Part shown: positions 16,024 to 34,367 of the stretch, in pieces | Layout: each line of letters starts with the position of its first letter | Position numbering within the stretch: position 1 is the stretch's first letter | From: Eledone cirrhosa | Lineage: Eukaryota | Direction of reading: 5' to 3' | NCBI GenBank assembly: GCA_964016885.1 | Contig: OZ024748.1 | Span: 1,922,001 to 1,986,000 of the forward strand | DNA: 64,000 bases | Made by a program: the position numbers and the translations under genes | The notes under the pieces: model-generated | Seen by the model: only the letters and a program-made list of their open reading frames with translations | Told to the model about the DNA's origin: nothing | The model's database searches: none

Positions 16024-16097
<74 letters not shown>

Positions 16098-16109
16098 TAT
16101 GTGTATATA

Positions 16110-16140
<31 letters not shown>

Positions 16141-16388
16141 GTGTATATATATATGTATATATATATATATATATATATGTGTATATATATATGTATATAT
16201 ATATATATATATATGTGTATATATATATGTGTATATGTGTATATATATATGTGTATATGTATATATATATATGTGTATGTATATATATATATGTGTATGT
16301 ATATATATATATGTGTATATATATATATATATGTGTATATATATATATATGTGTATATATATATATATATGTGTATATATATATATAT

Positions 16389-16433
<45 letters not shown>

Positions 16434-16480
16434 TATATACACATATATATATATATATATACACATATATATATACACAC

Positions 16481-16511
<31 letters not shown>

Positions 16512-16520
16512 TATATATAT

Positions 16521-16589
<69 letters not shown>

Positions 16590-16608
16590 CACATATATAT
16601 ATATATAT

Positions 16609-16649
<41 letters not shown>

Positions 16650-16697
16650 TATATATACATATATATATATATACACATAAATATATATGTATACAGA

Positions 16698-16729
<32 letters not shown>

Positions 16730-16982
16730 CACATATACATATACATATATATACATACACATATACATATACTTATATATACATACACATATATAAACAT
16801 TCACATATACATATATATATACATACACATATACATATACATATACATACATATATATACACACATATATATACACACATATATATACACATATATATAT
16901 ACACATATATATATACACATATATATATACACATATATATATACATGGCAGGCAGCCATCTTTCAATGCTATTAATCCTATT
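15177..16982. repeat. ~1.8 kb imperfect palindrome: ~36-bp unique termini plus mirrored TA array
   Basis: AATAGGATTAATAGCATTGAAAGATGGCTGCCTGCCATG at the left end and its exact reverse complement at the right end; internal landmarks are also mirrored. Confidence 0.92.
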
Positions 16983-17501
16983 ATGTGTATATATATATAT
17001 ATGTGTATATATATATATATATGTGTATATATATATATATGTGTATATATATATATATATGTGTATATATATATATGTGTATATATATATGTGTATATGT
17101 ATATATATATATTTGTATATATATATGTGTATATGTATATATATATATGTGTATATATATATGTGTATATGTATATATATATATGTGTATATATATATGT
17201 GTATATGTATATATATATATATGTATGTATATATATATGTATATATATATATGTATATATATGTATGTATATATATATATGTGTATATATATATGTGTAT
17301 ATGTATATATATATATATATGTATGTATATATATATATGTATGTATATATATATATGTATATATATATATGTATATATATATGTATATATATATATATAT
17401 ATAGGAACGATCGACTTTCGTCAAATCGGACCGAGGGAACAATGTTTCCGTCGGTCTATCCAATTGCTAATACTAACTATCGGTCGCAACTCCAGGTAGA
17501 A

Positions 17502-17623
17502 GGAGCAATGTGAAATAAAGTGTCTTGCTCAAGGACATAACGCATCGCCTGTTCCAGGAATCGAACTCACAACCTTACGATTTGCGAATCCAATTCTCTA
17601 ACCACTCAGCCACACGCCTTCAC
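17502..17623 (-). mobile_element. tRNA-headed CORE-type SINE (5' part)
   Basis: Minus strand: A box TGGCTGAGTGG, B box GAGTTCGATTCC, CORE-like CCTTGAGCAAGACACTTTA; a partial + copy lies at ~33452-33547. Confidence 0.85.
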
Positions 17624-21450
<3,827 letters not shown>

Positions 21451-22949
21451 AATAAAAAGTGGTTGTTTTAAAATGATTTTGCTGAGTCGTGACCTTGTGT
21501 GTAGGTCTATAAAACCTCTACTTATGTCACACCTATTGCATTACTCAGTTAACACCCTCTCTCTACTTCTAATTAATTTTAATATCAGTATTAAAAAAAG
21601 AATAAAGATAAACTATAACAAAATAATAAATGTTTGTTTATCTATATTATCAAACACACTGTTATATATAATATTATATTACATTACTGCCAAATAGTTT
21701 TATAATTTCTTTTATGTATAAATATATATAATTGTATTTATCTGTTCTTTAAAAGAGTTGAACAAGCTATTTTGTTATCAGTGTGGAATTATAAACATCA
21801 GTTTTAAGTCAGATACAGTATATTTCTTCCCTGTACCATATTGCAACATAGGCATCACTTTCATTTCAGTTTTAACAGTTTATTTACCATTGTCTATGTG
21901 TTTCAATTAATTTTGAAAATAATCAAAAGTTTGAAGCAATTTAATGAAATAACTAACTTTTTCATTAATATGCAGATATTTATGACATCACTTAAGAAAA
22001 ATTTTTGAAATAAAATGATGGGAAGTTTTAACAGAAGTATGTGTGTATCCCAGTTTTTAGAATATATACAGCGGATTCCTGCATGTTGTAGGAAGTGACT
22101 AAAAGGATTGGTATCAGGAAGGGCATCTGGGTGTAAACATTGTCCCAAAACATCCTAGCCAAAACCATGCCAGCATAGAAGTGTGGTTGTAAAAGTGATG
22201 ATGATGATCATCATGGTCATTTTAAAATAAGTAAAGGGCACGCAACCATACAACACTGCCTCAAAAACTTCACATACAACTTATTCTAACATGGATAGAT
22301 TAACATAAAAGTGATGATGACAATGATATATTGGTCTACCAGGTCAAAGATCATTGTTGATACCATTCCTGTTGTCATAGACAAGTGGGCAGTGTAAATT
22401 GAATTGATCCTAGTATATTACTGGTAGTTATTGACCCTGGAAAGGTGAATTGGTGAAGTATGAAATCCAGAAGAATTTGAAATAAGAATTTGAATATACA
22501 AGAATGGAATTTAATACAATGAAGTATTTAGTTTGGTGCTCTATCAATTATACCTTCCATCATTCTCTAATCATTTCAGAAATAAGACATGTAATAGCTT
22601 CCTTTTTATTTAATATCTTTGTAATGTTCCTTGTGTGTCCCCAATAATACATCTTGAATTGAATGAATGGGTTTTCGAGATTACTCGAGAATGAGTAAAT
22701 TGTCTATTCAAATTGAATTATTCCTCTACTATAGAGACATAACAAGCAAATATTATGGATTTCATTGTTTAATAATGCCTGTTTCAGAACCATTATTATA
22801 TAGAATGTAAAGAGGTAAAGCTGGTGGTAATGAATTATTATATCTTTAGCCATCACTAAAAGACATTTGAAATCATTATGGTTATTATATTCTACACAGA
22901 AAATCCATTTGAATTTTCATAATGCATAATGGTAATTATATAAATATAT

Positions 22950-23192
22950 ATCATCATCATCATCATCGTTTAACGTCTATCTTCCACACTAGCATGGGTT
23001 TAGACGGGAATTATCCCAATTGAGGCAAGATTGGTTGTCTCTCGTATAGGACTGTCTGGCAGGTTTTCTACGATTGGATGCCCTTCCTAACACCAACCAC
23101 GTTTACAGTGTGGACTGGGAGGTTTTTACCGTGTTACCTACACGGCTACATTACAGTGTGGACTGAGTGTTTTTTTGTCGTGATACCTACGC
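22950..23192 (-). mobile_element. RTE 3' UTR fragment
   Basis: Reverse-complement match to ~24210-24450, with (CAT)n at the left end. Confidence 0.85.
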
Positions 23193-23335
23193 AAAGTATA
23201 TATATATATATGTAAATATATGTATATGTATGTAAGTATATATATGTAAATATATGTATATGTATGTAAGTATATATATGTAAATATATGTATATGTATG
23301 TAAGTATACATATATATGTAAATATATGTATATGT

Positions 23336-24452
23336 ATCAGGTTATGAAAGTGGCAGAAAGGATATTAGCACAACTAATTAGAGAAAGGGTCAAACTAGAT
23401 GAGATGCAGTTTGGTTTTGTGCCTGGGAAGAGTACAACAGATGCCCTCTTCTTGGTGAGACAATTGCAAGAGAGGTTCTTAGAGAAAAATAAGCCACTAT
23501 ACTTAGCCTTTGTTGACCTAGCAGTGGTGGAGGGTGCTCTGAAAGTACAGTAGCTAGAGTCAGAACTGGATGGAAAAAGTTCAGAGAGCTTATACCACTA
23601 TTAGCCGCTAAAGGGTTCTCTCTAAAAATGAAAGGCAGGTTGTATGATGCCTGCATACGAACAGCAATGTTACATGGCAGTGAGACCTGGGCATTGTGTG
23701 CAGAGGATATACGCAGACTGGAGAGGAACGAAGCTTGCATGCTCTGCTGGATGTGTAATAGTAATATACGTGAACGGCAAAGCATAAACGAACTAAGGGA
23801 AAAATTAGAAATAAGAGGGATCAGATGTTGTTTACTCGAGAGAAGACTACGTTGGTATGGTCACGTGATGCGCATGAAAGACAACAGCTGTATAAAAAAG
23901 TGCAGGGCAATAAAAATAGACGGTAGCCATGGAGTAGGCAGACCCAGAAAAACCTGGGACGACTTGATAAATTCCGACCTCACACACTTACACCTCTCCA
24001 AGACAATGTCACTGGACCGAGATCTTTGGCGCTATACAGTAATAGAGAAGACCCACCTTACCTAAGTACAAAGTGAAACCTACTACAGTCAGTAGGCACC
24101 TCTAACAAAAATACACCCCGGGCCCACTACCCCCACCCCATCCACACCACCCCTTTCAATGAAAAGTTATGTTTGTACCACAACATCCAGTCCGAAACAA
24201 ATGTGGTCGTGTAGTGGTCACGACAAAAAAACACACAGTCCACGCTGTAATGTGGCCGTGTAGGTAACACGGTAAAAACCTCCCAGTCCACACTGTAAAT
24301 GTGGTTGGTGTTAGGAAGGGCATCCAGCTGTAGAAAACCCGCCAGACAGTCCTATACGAGCAAGACAACCAATCTTGCCTCAAGTGGGAAAACTCCCGTC
24401 CAAACCCATGCAAGCGTGGAAGATGGACGTTAAATGATGATGATGATGATGA
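23336..24452 (+). mobile_element. 5'-truncated, internally deleted RTE LINE (RT fragment, C-terminus, 3' UTR)
   Basis: MQFGFVPGKSTTDALF..YLAFVDL, then a jump at ~23520 to [22 protein letters not shown], then [26 protein letters not shown], stop at 24065, (GAT)n tail. Confidence 0.93.
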
Positions 24453-24899
24453 TATATATATGGTGTAGAGTAAGTATATATATGATGATATATGTTTCAG
24501 ATTATCTTACTCAACTAGATGATGTTGAGTGTATTAAAAATCCACTTAGTTAAGTTCCATTGAATATAAAAACCAAGTGATAATATTTATTAATGCTTAA
24601 TTAAATGACTCTAAAGAGTTCTTGCTTGAAAACTAGAAAGAAGTAGAAGAAAGAAAGAGAGGTGCGGGGGGGGGGGGGGGGTGTCTAGAAAGATGCATGT
24701 AGAGGGGGGTTGATAGAAAGATAGAGAAAAAGGAATAAAAAATTAAAATGAATAACATGTAAATAAATCCACTATTCATAAGATTTGTTGATCTCTCTAT
24801 CTACATTTACCTATCTACCTATCTATCTATCTACCTTTCTTCCTATCCATCTACCTTTCTACCTATATATCTATCTACCTTTCTACCTATCTATCTACC

Positions 24900-25289
24900 T
24901 ATCATTTCGGAAGAAGGATCAGGATGGAGAGAGAGGTGCTGCACCCCAGCCGTTTCTATGAAAGATGGGTGAAAGTGGCGAGAATGGCCCGTGTGAATGG
25001 GCCTTCACTCTACATCAGACTATAGGTGAGGAAGATGAAAGACCAAGGGAGCACCCCTTCTCTGTGCTCCTGAGGAGAAGGGTTGCACACTTTTTTCGGG
25101 GGTGTGTGCGACCCCCCAAGGCGCCTCCTCTCTATTGAGGACTTTGTTATAAATTTTATTTTTTGTTATATTTTATTTTATTTTTATATATTGTTATTGC
25201 CTCCTCCTTATTGAGGACACCTTGTTTTGTAAACTCCCCCCATTGTACTTGTCCCACTTTTGATGCCCTGGTGGCAAATAAAAGAAACA
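24900..25289 (+). mobile_element. Tx1/L1-like non-LTR 3' end in (TCTA)n
   Basis: Encodes YHFGRRIRMEREVLHPSRFYERWVKVARMARVNGPSLYIRL* (stop 25025); 3' UTR ends AATAAAAGAAAC directly into ATCT repeats. Clade assignment is by resemblance. Confidence 0.7.
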
Positions 25290-25499
25290 TATCTATCTAC
25301 CTATCTATCTATCTATCTATCTACCTATCTATCTACCTGTATATCTATCTACCTGTATATCTATCTACCTGTATATCTATCTATCTATCTACCTTTCTAC
25401 CTATCTATCTATCTACCTTTCTACCTATCTATCTATTCATCTACCTACATAATTATCAATCTTTCTATTTCTATCTATCTATCTATCTTTCAAGTTTTA

Positions 25500-25796
25500 T
25501 GTGGGTGAAAGTGGCGAGAATGGCCCGAGTGAATGGGCCTTCTCTCTATAACAGCCTGTAGGTTGAGGAAAAAGAGGAGAGGAAAGGGGTACAAACTCTT
25601 TGTACTCCTGGAGATGAGGGTTGCACATTTTTTTCGGGGGTATGTGTTACCCATATGTAATGTCTCCCCCTATTGGGGAAAATCGATTAACTTTTAAATT
25701 GTATTCGTGATAATATTTTATACGTTTTTATTGTATGTAAACTTCCCCCTTTGTATTTGTCCCTTTCTTTTGTGCCCCTGTGGCTAATAAAGAAAC
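25500..25796 (+). mobile_element. Second, diverged Tx1/L1-like 3' end in (TCTA)n
   Basis: WVKVARMARVNGPSLYNSL*, homologous 3' UTR ending AATAAAGAAAC followed by ATATCTATCT. Confidence 0.7.
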
Positions 25797-26271
25797 ATAT
25801 CTATCTATCTATCTATTGACATATCTTTCTATCTTGCTATCTATTTAGCTACCCACCTACCTAACAATCTATCTATGTATGTCTCTCAAACAAATAAATC
25901 TATCTGTCTATCTATTTATCTATCTATCAATCAATCCATTAGTAATTATATTAAATATATATTTTGAAAGTCATTTACCTAATAAGGTATAAAGAGCTTA
26001 AAGTCTATGGTGTAGGTAGGTTAATATTAAAGGATTTACTGGGTAAGTACTGTGAATACATTGTAGAAATAAATACACATTACTATCAGGTGTTGCTATA
26101 CACTTCATCTCTTACTACACAGCTTGCCGAATCATTGCCCCCTTCATCGCTTCTATGAATATATGAATATACTGTTCAATTAGGTAAGTCACTGGACATT
26201 GAAACCTTACTGCTTTGTTTAATTTCATTATTTATGTATTTATGGAAGGGTGGGGGACTGAGTCGTTAGCG

Positions 26272-26436
26272 TGTCAGACAAATGCTTAGTAGTGTTTGTT
26301 TTGGCTCAAATATTGTCAAGGTCAGCTTTGCCTTTCATCCTTCTGAGGTCGATAAAATAATGCACCAGTAAAGAACTGGAGTCGATATAATCAACTTACC
26401 CCTTCCCACTGTCTAGTGTTTCAATTAGAAATCATT
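26272..26436 (+). mobile_element. tRNA-derived SINE, Meta-like core (diverged)
   Basis: CTTTGCCTTTCATCCTTCTGAGGTCGATAAAATAATGCACCAGT core. Confidence 0.75.
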
Positions 26437-26475
26437 ATTTATTTATTTGTTTTGAGGAGGATTGTCAGAGTTTTA

Positions 26476-28862
<2,387 letters not shown>

Positions 28863-29052
28863 ATTATAGAGAGTTGGGCACTAACTGTTTACAATACTCA
28901 TTCTCTACCTTACCAAGTATTGTGTACTTAGCTGAGACTAGTAAGACAATTGTCTTACTAGTCTAAACTGGTAACTCTCTCTCTCCTTCTCTCTCTCTCT
29001 CCCTCTCTCTCTCTCTCTCCCTCTCTCTCTCTCCCTCTCTCTCTCTCCCTCT

Positions 29053-29111
<59 letters not shown>

Positions 29112-29799
29112 AATATATATATATAGTTTATAATATATTCCTATGTATTTGCATATATTCATATATAATCTTAAAATATTTTTCTGCTTGTCACAACATT
29201 CATGTGTTTGAGTGTTACACATTAAAATAACTTTACTTTAACTATGGAATGCACTCCAAGATATAATACAAGTAGTTAGCATACTGTAACAATGGCATGA
29301 AGATCTATAAATATATGTCTACATCAAAACAGAAAAAAGAATATTTATATAAGGTGGAATTTCCATGTGTCCCACCAGTGTATATAAATAAGATATATAG
29401 AGAGAGATAGAACTGAACAACGTGCCATGAGTCAGATAAGATGTATGACAGTTTTATGAGACATGTGTGTATGTACATGAATAATAGATATATGCATAAT
29501 ATATATATATATACACATACATTTGTGCGTATATACATACACACACACACCGAAAATATATATAAATAAACACACATACCTAAATGATGATGATAATAAT
29601 AATAGCAATAATGATAATGGTTATTATGTTTTGGTAAAATATACAATATAATGAGAGAACTCAATACAATTTGTAGAGTAGTATATATATTTATTCAGGC
29701 TGAATAAACACTACACCAAGTATATTTCAACTTTTAGTTCTTCAGAATGGATACAATGAAAACAACACCAGGAACTGAAAAGGGAATCTACAGTTACAG

Positions 29800-29835
<36 letters not shown>

Positions 29836-29960
29836 AAAGAAAGGTGTGGTAAGATACCATGTTGACCATAACAACCAGAGTACTCGATACTTAGGGTAGT
29901 AAAGTGAGTAATAGAACAGATAGATCTGAATCTAGTTGTCGAAACGGCCGGAGTTCATCT
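29836..29960. mobile_element. Diverged member of the 20920/45281 family with a short inverted segment, abutting the RTE fragment
   Basis: AAGGTGTGGTAAGATACCATGTTGACCATAAC..GTACTCGATACTTAGGGTAGTA, followed by inverted GTCGAAACGGCCGGAGTTCATCT. Confidence 0.65.
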
Positions 29961-31322
29961 ACGCTGCTGCTGACTTGTACTGCTGGCCCCTCTATAGGGT
30001 CTACTTGGGGTAGGGTCTCTTCTTCCCATGCATTCTCCTCATTTAGTAATCTATCATAATGGCTCTTCCATGCATCTTTCTTCTCAGCACTTGTGAGGGC
30101 AAGCTCACCTTTATCATTCCGGATACACTTCTCTCCAATGACATCACAATTCTCTCTGACACACTGCCTCGCAATCTTGAACACCTCCTGTTTCTGGTCC
30201 TCACATTGCAAAACATGCTTGAATTTTCTATCCTCTGCTTCCCTCCTAGCTAAGTATACTTGTCGCCTAGCTTCCCTCTTGGTCTCTATATAATGTACCC
30301 TGCTCCCCCCGTTCTTCCATTCTTTCCATGCCTGTCTCTTGGCCTTAACTGCCTCATCTACCTTATTGTTCCACCACCAAGTCACTCTCCTCCTGCTTGT
30401 GGTCTTACTCCAGCCATGGACCTCATCCGTCACCTCTAGTAAGTTATTTTTTAGGAACTCCCAGTGCTCTTCTACATTGAATGTCTCTATCTGTTCTTCT
30501 TTACTGTCGTAGGTGTTGAGTAAAATATCTTTAAATCTGGCTGAGGGGTCTTTCAGCTTCCAGATCTTTCTTCTCCAGGTTGGCTTCTGTTTCCAGGTTC
30601 GTCTAGTTCTGACCGTGAGGTCGCTGACAACTAAGCTATGTTGGGAGGTACATTCCTCACTAGGGTAAGCTTTTGTATTTACGACCGTCCATCTGTCACG
30701 TCCTCTGATGAGGATAAAATCTATCTGACTAGAATGCTCTCCTGATCTATAGGTGATCAAGTGGTCGTCGGGTTTTTTGAAGTTTGTGTTTCATATCGAC
30801 ATGTCATTGGCGTCGCAGAATTCTAGAAGTCTGAATCCTTCATTTCTTGTGCCAACCCCATGGCCTCCATGGATTCTATTGAAGCCGTCACAGTGTTTAC
30901 CTACATGTCCGTTAAAATCTCCTGCGATGATTAGGAAGTCATTGTCGTTTGTTAGAGCAGTAGTGTGCATTAGGGACTCGTAAAATCTATCCTTAAGTTC
31001 GTCTGGCAACCCTGATTGGGGTGCGTAAGCTGATATTATTGTGGTAATTATTTTATTCAGGACTAGTCTGAGTTTCATGATTCTTGCATTTACCTTGTAC
31101 ACTGAGATTACTTTATCTACCCACTTGTCAGCTAGTAGTATACCTACACCACCCATCCCATTGTCATTTCCCAACCAGAAAAATTTGTAGCACCGACTTT
31201 TTCCTACAAGGACTCTAGCAGACTCTCCTCTCCATCTAGTCTCTTGCACACAGCATATATCAATTTCCTTTCGCTCTAGCATTTCTACGATTTCTCCTGC
31301 TCTTCCTTTCATTGTGCTTACA
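29961..31322 (-). mobile_element. RTE LINE fragment: APE endonuclease and linker, one in-frame stop
   Basis: CCVQETRW, SAYAPQSG, GDFNGHVG, SQIDFIL, SQHSLVV and TWWWNNKV motifs; ORFs 30791..31345 and 29891..30760 are in the same frame, separated by TGA at 30791-30793. Confidence 0.95.
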
Positions 31323-31381
31323 ATATATATATATATTGATTCCAAATATTAACAAAAATAGAACTTCTTTGTGATCAAGTA

Positions 31382-31448
31382 TATTTTATTATACATATTT
31401 CAGAGGTACTGAGCTAACTTCAACAGTACGTCCTCATCAGATAAAATA
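31382..31448 (-). ncRNA. Minimal type I hammerhead ribozyme
   Basis: Minus strand: TATTTTAT-CTGATGA-GGAC GTACTG..CAGTAC CTCT-GAAA-T ATGT A-TA-ATAAAATA; perfect 8-bp stem I, AUA triplet. Confidence 0.85.
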
Positions 31449-31479
31449 AGATGATGCATGACATACCTTGTTTAACCTT

Positions 31480-31521
<42 letters not shown>

Positions 31522-31526
<5 letters not shown>

Positions 31527-31731
31527 TTTATAGAAGGAGCTTCTACAGGAGTAGTACTGTTTCATTCAGATGAAATCTTCAGGAAGCTTCAGGAAGCTTC
31601 CTGAAGATTTCATCTGAATGAAACAGTACTAGTCCTGTAGAAGCTCCTTCTATAAAATAAAAATATTTTACTCTGCCATGTATTGAGTACCTTACTTACT
31701 GTGGTTACCCCCGACTCAACCCGGGACCTAC
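31522..31731 (+). mobile_element. Penelope-like pLTR fragment with inverted partial copy and hammerhead-like core
   Basis: Inverted repeat 31522-31661; + arm CTGAAGA-TTTCATCTGAAT-GAAAC-AGTACTA-GTC; continues to GTATTGAGTAC..TTACTGTGGTTACCCC; TA arrays on both sides. Confidence 0.7.
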
Positions 31732-31759
31732 GTATATATATATATATATATATATACAG

Positions 31760-31923
31760 GGTAACAAGTATAACTATGTAATTAAGGAGTTTGCTGTGCA
31801 ACCACGTAGCTCTAAGTACAGTCCCACTCTATGGCATCTAGTGCTATTCTCTTCTACAAAAGCTTCAGCTTTATAAATGACTTATAAGAGGAATTTGATA
31901 GATGGCAACTACAGAAACCTGTC
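31760..31923 (+). mobile_element. Degraded tRNA/CORE-type SINE followed by (ATGT)n
   Basis: CAGTCCCACT..TGGCATCT..TCTTCTAC..GAATTTGATAGATGGCAACTACAGAAACCTGTC resembles a common cephalopod SINE. Confidence 0.5.
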
Positions 31924-31954
31924 ATGTATGTATGTATGTATGTATGTATGTATG

Positions 31955-32024
<70 letters not shown>

Positions 32025-32656
32025 TGTGTGTGTCTATTTGTGTCTGTCTGTCTATGTATCTTTCATCCTTTTATATATGTCCATATTTTTCTGTCTCTTT
32101 CTTCCTCTCTGCTTTGCTACCAATGCCTCGAAAATATTAATGCTTGTACACGCACACGCACACGCACACGCACGCACACGCACACACGCACACGCACACG
32201 CACACGCACACGCACACACTCACAGACAATGATTTATTAGATGTTGTTCAAGTAAAGTGGACTCTAGGATGATGACAATGATTACTATTTGTGTCAAGCT
32301 TATAAAAAGCACCCACAACTCCACCTCAGAAATGCTACCTAAATACTTTTATATATGATCGACATCTGACAGATTACAACAAAGATCATTTGTGGCATAG
32401 TCTTTTGTGGTTTTGGTTGAGAACAGCAAAACTGGCTGCTGATTTACAAGATCTTCTATAGTTCAGTCATTTAAAGTTTGTTGTAGCATCTTCTTCTGTT
32501 CAGTTTCTCTATCTAAGTCATATATGTCAGATGTTGTCTTTATGATATTTACAAATCAGTGTATTGTACTGAGCCATTGCTTTACTCTATGATGTCTTTT
32601 TTATTTCCAAGCCAGAGAAATTGAATCAGCAACATTTTCTTTAGTGAAGCTGCCAA

Positions 32657-32802
32657 ACACACACAGACATACAGACACAGACACAGACGCACACAGACAC
32701 AGACATACAGACACAGACACAGACGCACACAGACACAGACATACAGACACAGACACAGCCACAGACACAGACACAGACACAGACGCACACAGACAGACAG
32801 GC

Positions 32803-32833
<31 letters not shown>

Positions 32834-32890
32834 CAGACAGACAGACAGACAGACAGACACAGACAGACAGACAGACACAGACAGACAGAC

Positions 32891-32921
<31 letters not shown>

Positions 32922-32952
32922 GGCAGACAGACAGGCAGACAGGCAGACAGGC

Positions 32953-33001
<49 letters not shown>

Positions 33002-33174
33002 CACACACACAGAGACAGACACACAGACAGACAGACAGACAGACACACACACACAGAGACACACACAGACACACAGAGACACACACAGAGACACACACAG
33101 ACACACAGAGACACACACAGAGACACAGAGACACACACAGAGACACACACAGAGACACACAGAGACACACACAC
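32657..33174. repeat. Compound (CAGACA)n/(CAGA)n/(CA)n microsatellite
   Basis: Direct reading. Confidence 0.95.
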
Positions 33175-33571
33175 TAAGATATGCACTAAGCAGCTGAAGT
33201 ATATGATAGTGTTATATTTGTATATATACAGAACAGAAGTAACTGAGCCTGCATAAATGTATATATAAATTTACACATTTTTCTTATATAGACATGTAAA
33301 CAGGCTAAATATATATATCTCTCTGTAAGTTGAAAAAAGGATAAACACCTTTAACGAGTTCTCTAACATAATTGGGCTTTTATCAGAAGGCTTGTTTATC
33401 ATCTAATCAACCACAAAGAAATATGTAATATATATATATATATATATATGAATTGTGAGTTCAATTCTCAGACTGGGTGATGTGTTGTTTCCTTGAGCAA
33501 GACACTTTATTTCACATTGCTCCAGTTTATTCAGCTGTAGAAATGAGATGATAGGGACTGGGGTCCCTATC

Positions 33572-33748
33572 ATTCCACTGCAAAGTGGTCGTGGAGGTGC
33601 CACGGCAAAAAAGCACCCAGCCCACACTGTAAAGAGGTTGGTGTTAAGAAGGGCATCCAGCTGTAGAAATCAAGCCAGAATCAGTTCCCGTCCCACCCTT
33701 GCAAGCAGGGAAAAGCGGACGTAAAATGAAATGATGATGATGATGATG
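33572..33748 (+). mobile_element. RTE 3' UTR fragment (subfamily of the 56607-57875 copy)
   Basis: GTGGTCGTGGAGGTGCCACGGCAAAAAAGCACCCAGCCCACACTGTAAAG identical to ~57618-57668; (GAT)n tail. Confidence 0.8.
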
Positions 33749-33782
33749 AATATATGGAAAACGAGGAATCAGTGATGCATCG

Positions 33783-33816
<34 letters not shown>

Positions 33817-34150
33817 GCACGCACGCACGCACGCACGCACACACGCACACGCACGCACGCACACACGCACACGCACACACGCACACACGCACACGCACGC
33901 ACGCACACACACACACGCACACGCACGCACACACACACACACACACACACGTACGCACGCACACACACACGCGCACACACGCACACATATATATATAAGA
34001 TATATGTGGTAAATATTGATGCAATTCAATTGAAGCACTCAACGACATGTTACTTCTTCAAAATAAGGATGATGGAGTATAATTAGAATGAGGAAAATAC
34101 AAAGTTGTAGATGTTAAAGAGTTCTTTCATTAACACACACACATATATAT

Positions 34151-34367
34151 ATTGAAAATTCTCCTTGAGTTAGAAGCTTTGATGCATGTGGGGTTTATCT
34201 TTTACTATGAAAAATAGTCTAACAAATTGGGCAGATGTGAGTTCATGTCCCACAGATGATGCTGTCAACTGTTTTCTGTCCAGGGGCTTTTATGCCTAAT
34301 TTGTTAGTGTTTCATAGTAAAAAGAAACATGGGCGTTGAAGCTTCTAATTCTAGGTTAATTTTCAAT
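34151..34367. mobile_element. MITE / fold-back element with long imperfect terminal inverted repeats
   Basis: Mirrored pairs ATTGAAAATT/AATTTTCAAT, TTAGAAGCTT/AAGCTTCTAA, TTTTACTATGAAA/TTTCATAGTAAAA and CTAACAAATT/AATTTGTTAG. Confidence 0.75.

Noticed and set aside
29710-29760. Minus-strand CTGAAGA..GAAA hammerhead-like motif
   Set aside because: Stem II is out of register and stems I and III are weak; at most a decayed copy.
33340-33400. Minus-strand CCTT-CTGATAA..GAGAAC..AAGG
   Set aside because: Two core deviations; cannot be told from chance.
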